Below, piece by piece: positions 29,043 to 37,298 of a stretch of 50,013 nt of DNA. The first letter of the stretch is position 1. Every line of letters starts with the position of its first letter. Both the position numbers and the translations under genes were made by a program. The notes beneath the pieces were generated by a model. That model had not been told where the DNA came from. It saw nothing but the letters and a program-made list of their open reading frames with translations, and searched no databases. The stretch is taken from positions 1 to 50,013 of the forward strand of contig CALKWC010000245.1 in NCBI GenBank assembly GCA_938004395.1. Reading direction: 5' to 3'. The stretch comes from an uncultured Marinilabiliales bacterium (GTDB lineage: Bacteria > Bacteroidota > Bacteroidia > Bacteroidales > BM523).

Positions 29043-29885
29043 CTAGTAAAATTCGTATTCATATACATATTTTGTTCTTGGTGCTCCATCTTTACTGAAT
29101 AATATACTTTCTGTAATTAATTGATGGTCATCGTATTTACTTTCTGTATAGCGTTTTAATTCACCATCTTTATTGAACACATTTTCCTTAACAATATTTC
29201 CTTTTTCATCCAGATCGTATTCAGATATATTGTGTTGATTAAAGGATTTGTCTATTATAGTCCATTTTATTTTTTGCCCAAGTTCATTATACTCAATAAT
29301 CTCATGTTTATACATTTCATCTTTCCAATTGTATAAGAAATGTTCCTCAATGGCACCATTAACACCCAAACGAATTTCCATTTTCGATTTTAACTTATCC
29401 AGCGTGTCTCTTGTGATTTGCGTACGAGTTCTTTCTCCATATTCGTATTTGGTTGTAGCAATAATTGTATTCTTATGGTTAAATTTAGTGGACTGAATGA
29501 TATCCCCGTTATCCTTATATGCAAATATTTCTTTTGATTTTAAAACCGATGCAGGAAGGTAATTTTCTTTTTGAACAATTTTCATATCCTGGTTGTATAC
29601 ATATTTTTCTTTTTTGCTGGCATTTGCAAAATATGCAGTTTTTTCTGTCATCTGTCCGTTTTCATCATATTGGTATATGTCTGCCAGCCTACCATCAGGT
29701 TCAAAATCCTGTAATTTTAGTTTGTACTCAAAAATCGTCATTTTACAAGATTTTACGCCTGCTTTCTCGTAGATATCTTCCTGGTTTTGCCTGTCAATAT
29801 CCGTATATGGAACAAAGGCCTTTTGCGAAAAGGAATTGTAATGTATTATCAGGAGTAATGCTATAATAAAATTATTCTTCATCAT
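29043..29885 (-). CDS. Hypothetical secreted protein or lipoprotein with degenerate Y-x-Y-D/N-x-x-G type repeats
   Basis: The signal-like N-terminus is MMKNNFIIALLLIIHYNSFSQ. Motifs such as YQYDENGQM, YKDNGDII, EYNELGQKI, YDLDEKGNIV and NKDGELK recur. I recognise no family. Confidence 0.5.
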   Translation of the reverse strand: MMKNNFIIALLLIIHYNSFSQKAFVPYTDIDRQNQEDIYEKAGVKSCKMTIFEYKLKLQDFEPDGRLADIYQYDENGQMTEKTAYFANASKKEKYVYNQDMKIVQKENYLPASVLKSKEIFAYKDNGDIIQSTKFNHKNTIIATTKYEYGERTRTQITRDTLDKLKSKMEIRLGVNGAIEEHFLYNWKDEMYKHEIIEYNELGQKIKWTIIDKSFNQHNISEYDLDEKGNIVKENVFNKDGELKRYTESKYDDHQLITESILFSKDGAPRTKYVYEYEFY

Positions 29886-31737
29886 ATGCTTTAATTTGTT
29901 TTTTTAAGGAAATAATACGATTATATGCTTCTTCTATTCTTTCTTTTTTAATATCGCCCTCTTCAACAAGTTTTTTAATGGTTTTATGAATCTTCTCAGC
30001 TTGTCGGTCTGTTGTTCCTCTGATATTGTGTGAATACATCAATACGTCAACACCTGCATTGATTGCTAATTTAACAGCTTTTTTAAAACCATAATAATCA
30101 GAAATAGCTTTCATCTGCATGTCATCAGAAAAAACAACACCTTCAAAGCCGAGGCTATCTCTTAATAGTTCCTGAATTACCTTGTAAGATAATGTGCTGG
30201 GAATGGTATCCTCTTCAAGTTTAAAATTAATAATATGTGCCGTCATAACAGCATCGCAATAGCCAGAATCAATGATGTTTTTATAGGGTATAAGTTCAAA
30301 TTCCTGCCAGCTGTTGGTAACGTTAACCATGTTAAAATGAGAGTTGCCATCAGCACTACCATGTCCCGGAAAGTGTTTCACTACAGTACCGCAATTATGT
30401 TTTCTGTGTCCTTTAATAAATTCAATGGCATGTTTGGTTGTTATTTCCGGATCATCAGAAAAGCATCTTTCGTATTTCTTAATGAAGTTATCCTGCACAG
30501 AAAGGTCAAGAACAGGAGCAAAATTGATGTTAATTCCAATATTTTTGAGTGTTTTTGCCATCAGTTCAGAATAGTAATAAGTGGTGTCAATATTGTTAAC
30601 ATTTCCAAGATGAGCCGCAGAAACAGAGGCTGGGAAACCATATTTTTCTTTCAGTCTGTTAACCTTTCCTCCCTCCTGATCGATGCAAATAAATAGAGGA
30701 ATTTTGGAGTAATGCTGAAGCGAATCAACCAGAGCTTTGAGGTTTTGTTCTGAATGAGTAGAAGATATATTTTTTTCATAAAGTATAACTCCTCCTGTAG
30801 TTCCTTTTTGAATTGCTTTAATGGTACTGTTGCTAGAATCTACTTTATTACCATCAACGCCAACAAGTATCATTTGCCCAATCATTTCATCCAGACTTGG
30901 TTTTGGTTTGGGCTTTTTTATCTTCTTTTTTGGTAGTAGTTCTAATAACTGGAGAGCTTCTGTGATGATTTGCGGACCTGCAAAAATGGTTTTATTCAAA
31001 CGGGTTATATCTTGAATGGGAAATGAATAAACAGTGGATATATAGTAGTTGGTGTCTTTAATTATATAATATCCTGAAATGCAAATTGTATATTCTTTTT
31101 TTGAACTTTTAAAGCCTGTGTTTGAAAAATAATAGCGATTATTCAGACTATCAGAGGATTCAAACGATTGTTTAACCAATTTTTTTGACCAATCAGAAAA
31201 TTCAATCTTGTTGTTCAGTAATTTTTGATACAATAACAATTGATTGTATGGTTTGAATTTTAAAGTGGAGTCAGTAACAATATTTCTGAGATTTTTGGGC
31301 AGCTCTTTGTTTGTGTAATGGTTTGTTTTAAGATATTTCTTTAATTTACGTTTTCTCAGTTTATGAGCAAGTGCACCAGTAAAAAATTGTGAATCCTTAT
31401 CTTTTAAGTCGTTAAGCGTGAGGTTTTTGTATACATCACTCAAATTGGTATTATAGAATTTTTCGGGTAGTTTTTCGTGATTGCTTACAATAATTTTTTC
31501 ATTCAAAGCGCATAAAGAAATGAATGGTGTTATGGCTTCTCCAACCGGGATGTATGTTTTCAAATTTTCTGGATAATAATGGATAAGCGTATCATAGTCA
31601 GAAAATATTAACAATCCTCCCCGGATATTGTATTTAGTAAAAATACTGTCTACAATTTTTTCATGCTGATTCTGAGCCAGAGCACTTGTAAAGGGAATTA
31701 ACAGAAGAAGGAAAAGTAACTTTCTCACAATGAGCAT
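29872..31737 (-). CDS. Fusion protein: N-terminal degenerate class-D beta-lactamase / BlaR-sensor-like domain plus C-terminal GH3 beta-N-acetylhexosaminidase (NagZ-like) domain
   Basis: GH3 motifs are present: [47 protein letters not shown]. The N-terminal half aligns by eye to OXA-type enzymes (see findings). The likely start is the ATG at 31737 ([22 protein letters not shown]). Confidence 0.75.
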   Translation of the reverse strand: [621 protein letters not shown]

Positions 31738-31864
31738 TGAATTTATGTGTAAAAATATAAAAACTGAACAAATAGATAAGCGCAAAGTATATAGATTCAC
31801 TTATTTTTAAACTAATCTCTTCAAGATTGGGGCCAAATCTTTATTTTTATGAAAAAGTAAAACT

Positions 31865-32524
31865 ATGTTATCAAAAAATACATTTCAGTTCCTTGAAGAT
31901 TTGGCAGAGCATAATTATAAAGAATGGTTTCATGAAAACCGCCCCAGGTACCTCGAATCGAAACAAGAATTTGAAGCACTCGTTGGAGAGTTGATACTGA
32001 ATTTATCTGATTTAGATCCTGATTTGAATAGCTTATTGCCCAAAGATTGTATTTTTAGAATTAATAGGGATATTCGTTTTTCGAAAGATAAGAGGACATA
32101 TAAGGCCAATTTTGGGGCTTATATTGCTCCGGGAGGAAGGAAGAGTTCAAGAGCTGCGTATTATGTCCATATTGAGCCTAAAAAGTCTTTTCTGGCGGGT
32201 GGTGTATACTGTCCTTCTGGAGAAAATTTGAAATTGATACGTGAAGCTATACAGTATGATTTAAAAACATACGAAAATATTATTGGTAAAAAGTCATTTA
32301 AAGAGTTGTTTGGTGAGGTTATGGGAGATAAGCTGAAAGTGGCGCCCAAAGGATTTGATAAAAATTCTGTGGGGATAGAATACCTTAAATTGAAAAGTCA
32401 TACACTGATTCATCCTGTTAAAGATGGATTTTTCATTGCAGATAATGTGTTGCTAAAGGCCAGGGATATTTTTTCTGAGATGAAGGAGTTTAATGACTTT
32501 TTAAATAAAGCGCTAGACTACTAA
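31865..32524 (+). CDS. DUF2461 (TIGR02453) family protein
   Basis: FQFLEDLAEHNYKEWFHENRPRYL...FRINRDIRFSKDKRTYKANFGAYIAPGG...AAYYVHIEP..SFLAGGVY is the characteristic pattern. Confidence 0.75.
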   Translation: MLSKNTFQFLEDLAEHNYKEWFHENRPRYLESKQEFEALVGELILNLSDLDPDLNSLLPKDCIFRINRDIRFSKDKRTYKANFGAYIAPGGRKSSRAAYYVHIEPKKSFLAGGVYCPSGENLKLIREAIQYDLKTYENIIGKKSFKELFGEVMGDKLKVAPKGFDKNSVGIEYLKLKSHTLIHPVKDGFFIADNVLLKARDIFSEMKEFNDFLNKALDY

Positions 32525-33352
32525 CTAATTCTTTAAAATAGCGGTAGACTCATTTCGTAGGCCGGTATATTTTGACAGATAGGCTTTTACTGAGCCAACC
32601 AGGATTTTGGCTTCAACCAGAACGGGTATTTTGTTTTGATCGTCAGTAACCCAAACTTCAACATCTTCACCCCCATTGAAAATACTTCCTTCCATCATTA
32701 ATGCAGTAAATTTTATACAGGCATATTTAATTCCGTTTTTTGTTTGTATGGTGTCCCTTCCCATATAACGAATATATAAGTCGGCAATTTCATTATCTAT
32801 CAGCATTTTAATGGGAATTTTTTCACCTATTTTTAGTTGGGAGAAATCAAGATTTCTTGCATGATAAATAGCTGTCTGCATATCATAAATACAATCAGGA
32901 AGTTGAATGGTATCTCTTACCAGTGGCTTCTTGGAATTCTCGCTTTTCGAGTATATTTTTTTATTGGCATGATCAAAAGAGTATTCATTATTAACTTTAT
33001 AATTCCCCTCGCTGGTATTCCTATTAAACCAATACGGCTTTAAGTTGCTGGTGTCAGCATACGCTTCATATACATCACGAACTTTATAAAGCCAATCGTA
33101 ACTGGGTAACGATCTGCCAAAACTTTTGAAATGAAAGACTGTGTTTCCTTTATATTCTGTATGATTGACTTCAAAAATTGCTTCGGCAGCACTTACCCAA
33201 ATGAAGCCCCAGTTGTAATAAACATCAAAATAAACTTTTTCACCTGCTTTAACAACTGTATTTTCAGAATAGCACTGAGCCTCGGTTTTTAATGAAAAAA
33301 TCAGGAACAGGCTGATAATAGCAATCCATTGTATGGTATTTGTCCTGATCAT
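32525..33352 (-). CDS. DUF3108-like secreted protein
   Basis: It has a signal peptide and an N-terminal block GEKVYFDVYYNWGFIWVSAAEAIFEV, followed by a beta-rich body typical of DUF3108. Confidence 0.55.
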   Translation of the reverse strand: MIRTNTIQWIAIISLFLIFSLKTEAQCYSENTVVKAGEKVYFDVYYNWGFIWVSAAEAIFEVNHTEYKGNTVFHFKSFGRSLPSYDWLYKVRDVYEAYADTSNLKPYWFNRNTSEGNYKVNNEYSFDHANKKIYSKSENSKKPLVRDTIQLPDCIYDMQTAIYHARNLDFSQLKIGEKIPIKMLIDNEIADLYIRYMGRDTIQTKNGIKYACIKFTALMMEGSIFNGGEDVEVWVTDDQNKIPVLVEAKILVGSVKAYLSKYTGLRNESTAILKN

Positions 33353-33663
33353 CAGGTATTTACTTCTCCTATTTTATCTTCAATGGATTTGATCTTACTT
33401 TCCAGTCTGTTGTTTTTATTTTTTTGAATGTCCATTTTGATGGATGTATATATTCTTGTAGAGTGGGGTTCAAGAATATCATGTGATTGCTGCACAATAG
33501 ACAAAGCCTCCTGCATGGTATCTGTTTCAACAATAGTACCCATAGCTGTTAACTTGTATGGAAAACCACTATTTCTGATCCCATCAATTATCTGGCTAAC
33601 ATATTCACTTACACTATCACCTTTATCGGTGGGAAACATTGCGAATTCAAGTAATACAGACAT
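33352..33663 (-). CDS. MTH1187/YkoF-like (UPF0045) thiamine-binding family protein
   Basis: The protein MSVLLEFAMFPTDKGDSVSEYVSQIIDGIRNSGFPYKLTAMGTIVETDTMQEALSIVQQSH starts at the ATG at 33663. The ORF-track start at 33771 adds an implausible 36-aa extension. Confidence 0.7.
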   Translation of the reverse strand: MSVLLEFAMFPTDKGDSVSEYVSQIIDGIRNSGFPYKLTAMGTIVETDTMQEALSIVQQSHDILEPHSTRIYTSIKMDIQKNKNNRLESKIKSIEDKIGEVNT

Positions 33664-33809
33664 GACAATTGTATTTTGATGAATAACGAAGTTACAAAAT
33701 ATGCTTATGATTTTGTTTAAGTGCAATGTTTTTTTCGTACTTCTGTTATAGCAGTGCAACCTTTTGAACAAATGTTTAGTCTTGACACTAAAGATCTTAA
33801 TTACAATTT

Positions 33810-34064
33810 ATGAAAATGAAGCACGAAATTTTAGGAGGCTTATTTGAGGAATGTCCTATGTGGGACGAATTGCCAACTTGTCCTTTTGTTTCAATAAGAA
33901 ATAAAACCATTGATCAGCAGATTCAAATGGTGGAAGCCATGACCAATGAGGAGCTGGAAGACTTGATAGCTTTACATAAAAGCTGTATATGCAACCGCGC
34001 CCAAAAAACCCGGGGATTTAAACTGGTACGGGATAAAAAGTCGGTTGCTATTTGTCAGGTATAG
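33810..34064 (+). CDS. Hypothetical small Cys-containing protein (84 aa)
   Basis: It is an open frame in an AT-rich context with Cys pairs (CPMWDELPTCPF, CICN). I recognise no family. Confidence 0.4.
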   Translation: MKMKHEILGGLFEECPMWDELPTCPFVSIRNKTIDQQIQMVEAMTNEELEDLIALHKSCICNRAQKTRGFKLVRDKKSVAICQV

Positions 34065-34229
34065 AGCTACATAGAAAGGATTTTATTGTAATCTTTTAAT
34101 CACCATTTGTGATTTGAGGCATTGGATTTGTGTCTTTTATTATCATAAATACATTGTTCTCTCATCTCCAAACGATTCCCTAAAATTTTGAGGTAGCTTT
34201 TGTTCAGTGGAATTTTAATGCAGGAAATT

Positions 34230-34817
34230 TCATAAAATACTAAGCATCATATTATGGAAGGCTGATGTTTTTCTGCGAGCCACAGGTATTTCAATTCCAT
34301 TCTTAAGATGAATGGTTAAATTTCCATTTCTATGAAATTTTTCCACAAGATTTAGGTTGATAAGATATGATCTATGTGGTCTGAAAAAATTGCACGATTC
34401 CAGCATTTGTTCGTATTCCGATAAGCTTTTGTTTGTTACTGTATGCTTCTTGCCATTTGTAGTGTGGATGTATGTGTAACTTCTGTCGGCTTCAAAATAT
34501 ATAATATCATTGATTTTAAGATATAGGATTCCATTTTTATTGGGAATAACTATTTTTTTCGAATCATCATCTTTATGTGAATCAATAAGTACTCCGGCTT
34601 TATCATTTCTTTTCCCGGATGAAAAAATGTTCAGACTATCAATAATTTCATTCAGACTCTTGGAATGAAGTGTGTTTTCATTCACCTCGATGCTTACAAC
34701 TTTCCCTGTGTTTCTCGAGTATGCTGTCAGAATCATTTCATCATTGTTTTGTTCAAGTGTAATGGATACATGGCGTCTCATAGTAGTATGTATTTGGCTT
34801 ACTTTAGTTAACAACAA
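34230..34817 (-). CDS. LytTR-domain DNA-binding protein without a recognisable receiver domain
   Basis: The C-terminal LytTR pattern is ILYLKINDIIYFEADRSYTYIHTTNGKKHTVTNKSLSEYEQML...FFRPHRSYLINLNLVEKF...IHLKNGIEIPVARR. The N-terminal ~95 aa show no CheY-like D-D-K pattern. Confidence 0.75.
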   Translation of the reverse strand: MLLTKVSQIHTTMRRHVSITLEQNNDEMILTAYSRNTGKVVSIEVNENTLHSKSLNEIIDSLNIFSSGKRNDKAGVLIDSHKDDDSKKIVIPNKNGILYLKINDIIYFEADRSYTYIHTTNGKKHTVTNKSLSEYEQMLESCNFFRPHRSYLINLNLVEKFHRNGNLTIHLKNGIEIPVARRKTSAFHNMMLSIL

Positions 34818-34864
34818 TTGGTAACAAAGAGCTAGCCAAAGCCATATAAGATGCAGAAAAATAA

Positions 34865-36811
34865 TTAGTTACATTTTGTGAGGCTGAATGTTTTATAAGC
34901 CGGTGTATAGTTTATATTGAATGTGATTGTATAGATTCCGGAAGGAAAATCGCTAAGCTGAATCTGGTGCGTATAACTTGCCTTATCTGGTACTTTTCGA
35001 ATCAATTGACCATTTATGTTATATATGGTAATATCTTTAATAATATCGTTCATATTGGCCTCTAAATGGATAATATTTGATGTTGGATTTGGATATACTT
35101 TTACTTTTGTACTTTCCGATATTTGATTTTGAATAGAATTAATTACCGGGTTTTTTGTAACAATTATCAATTCAGGATCAAACTGTAGGCTGTCTAATCT
35201 GATACCGGGATTTGTCTGGAATACTTGCCCATCAAATAAATGATGAAAAACGATTATGGTATCTCTGTTGCCACCGCAAAATTTTATTGGGATGTGCATT
35301 TCATAAAAGTTAACAGAGTTGTGTGTTGTACTTTGGTTAACTGTAATACTTACATCTTTGCTTTCCAAATCCTGTTGCCATGTAATGTTGTAGAGAGGGT
35401 ATCCTTCACCATAGTACCAATCGTTAAAAAACTCTGTAAGACTGGTATCGCCTGCCATTTCAAAATGATTGATCAGGTTATGTGTTTTGGAAAAGCTATA
35501 CGCATTGCTACCATCGTAAAGATATTCATTTATAGCATGAAAGAAGGCTGAATCACCCAATTCCCAGCGTAGCATATTTAGAAGATATGATCCTTTTTTA
35601 TAAGACAATCTGTTGTTGAAAATTCTGTAGATATCGGTAGTATCTGAGCAGTATACAGAACCATCAGGCTCTGAAGTTATTTTATCGATACATTCTTTTT
35701 TCCAGGGCATCCAATAGTATTGATCAAAGAAATATTCATATGTAAGTCCAACACAAAAGTCGGCAAAGCCTTCATTAAGCCAGATGTCTTCCCACGAACC
35801 ACAGGTTAGGTAATCACCAAACCATTGATGGGCTAGCTCATGTACAGTTAGATGATGTGAAAGATTGTACATAAAGCTCATGGTTTGATGTTCCATGCCA
35901 CCGGGCCAATGAAATTGTGTATGGCCATATTTTTCATTTATAAAGGGATAATCACCAAATAATTCATAGTAAAGGTCTAGAGCCGGTGGCAGGTAGTAAA
36001 GTTCATCCAGGAAATTAGTATCTTCTTCATAGAAATAGTTTTGTATTAGCAAAGAATCGCCATTTTCAAAATGATGATATTGCTCTGTTACGGTATAATT
36101 AGTTGTTGCAAATGCTACCAGATAGGCTGTAACGGGGTATTTGTGTTTCCAGTGTGTTGTAATAAGCCCGTTATTTTCAATTTCAGATTGAAGCAAACCA
36201 ATGCTTGCTGTTTTATACTGTGAAGGAGCTTTAACATAAATATCTATCGAATCTATTTTGTCATTCAGGTTTTGGTTACAAGGCCACCATTCTTTTGCTC
36301 CATATGGTTGAGATAATGTCCAGATTACAGGAGAAGGTACATTGGCTGTATCATGATAATCCTGAACAAAAGATCTGTCATCACTGATTCTGGGAACGCC
36401 CTGGTAATATATTGTTATTGAGTCTGTTGCTCCTTCTGCAAGGCTGCTCTGTAAATAAATTATGAGTAAATCGTCATTTTTACTGTAGTTTAAACTGGTT
36501 GAATGGTACCAGACAGAGTCAATTTGTAAAGTATCCGAAAAGTCAAATATCAGGGAATCTGTAGTCTCGTGGATAATGGTAAAATGGTATAATATATTTC
36601 CTTTGATATATCGGATATTTGGGTCAACCTCCCAAAAACAGCAACAATATGAAACATCATAATGTTTACCCGCTGGTGAAGGAGATGCTTTGGTGGTATA
36701 GTGTTCAAAATATTTACAGCTTTGGTGTATTTGCTTAGGATCAAAAACCTGTGCCAATGTAATTTGATAACTGAGAATTATCAAAACTATCGTGTAAACA
36801 AATCCTTTCAT
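34865..36811 (-). CDS. M1 family zinc aminopeptidase with a type-A T9SS C-terminal sorting domain
   Basis: The HEXXH-(18)-E zinc site is VHELAHQWFGDYLTCGSWEDIWLNEGFA. A GxMEN-like WPGGMEHQT is present. The C-terminus KVYPNPTSNIIHLEAN...ITIYNINGQLI...SGIYTITF is a Por_Secre_tail pattern. A signal peptide is present. Confidence 0.85.
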   Translation of the reverse strand: MKGFVYTIVLIILSYQITLAQVFDPKQIHQSCKYFEHYTTKASPSPAGKHYDVSYCCCFWEVDPNIRYIKGNILYHFTIIHETTDSLIFDFSDTLQIDSVWYHSTSLNYSKNDDLLIIYLQSSLAEGATDSITIYYQGVPRISDDRSFVQDYHDTANVPSPVIWTLSQPYGAKEWWPCNQNLNDKIDSIDIYVKAPSQYKTASIGLLQSEIENNGLITTHWKHKYPVTAYLVAFATTNYTVTEQYHHFENGDSLLIQNYFYEEDTNFLDELYYLPPALDLYYELFGDYPFINEKYGHTQFHWPGGMEHQTMSFMYNLSHHLTVHELAHQWFGDYLTCGSWEDIWLNEGFADFCVGLTYEYFFDQYYWMPWKKECIDKITSEPDGSVYCSDTTDIYRIFNNRLSYKKGSYLLNMLRWELGDSAFFHAINEYLYDGSNAYSFSKTHNLINHFEMAGDTSLTEFFNDWYYGEGYPLYNITWQQDLESKDVSITVNQSTTHNSVNFYEMHIPIKFCGGNRDTIIVFHHLFDGQVFQTNPGIRLDSLQFDPELIIVTKNPVINSIQNQISESTKVKVYPNPTSNIIHLEANMNDIIKDITIYNINGQLIRKVPDKASYTHQIQLSDFPSGIYTITFNINYTPAYKTFSLTKCN

Positions 36812-36864
36812 TATCTTCGCATTTTAAACTAAAGATATTCTAATATCAGCAGAAATCAAAGAAA

Positions 36865-37290
36865 ATGAATAGCCTGGATTCCCGAATTGTTGAGTTTATT
36901 GAAGAGCATCATGTATTAACGTTGGCTACAGTTAAAGATAATATACCCTGGTGTAGCAATTGTTTTTACGCTTATCATAAGGAGGAAAATATTTTTGTTT
37001 TCACTTCCGATTTGGATACCCGACATGCAAAGGAAGCTATGGAAAATGAATCCGTAGCTGCTTCTATTGTTCTTGAAACTTCAGTTGTTGGCAAAATTCA
37101 GGGTTTGCAAATCTCCGGAAGAGTATATATGCCGGATGGTGAGTTTTTGAAAATTGCCAATAAAAGATATATGAAGCGTTTCCCCTTTGCACAATTGATG
37201 AAAACCAATCTTTGGATACTGGAACCAGCTCGTTACAAAATGACCCATAACCGATTGGGTTTCGGGAAAAAGCTATTCTGGGAAAAGTAA
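36865..37290 (+). CDS. Pyridoxamine 5-prime-phosphate oxidase-like (YhbP/UPF0306-type) protein
   Basis: IVEFIEEHHVLTLATVKDNIPWCSNCFYAY...FVFTSDLDTRHAKE...GLQISG matches the split-barrel PNPOx-like pattern. Confidence 0.6.
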   Translation: MNSLDSRIVEFIEEHHVLTLATVKDNIPWCSNCFYAYHKEENIFVFTSDLDTRHAKEAMENESVAASIVLETSVVGKIQGLQISGRVYMPDGEFLKIANKRYMKRFPFAQLMKTNLWILEPARYKMTHNRLGFGKKLFWEK

Positions 37291-37298
37291 TGGCTTAT

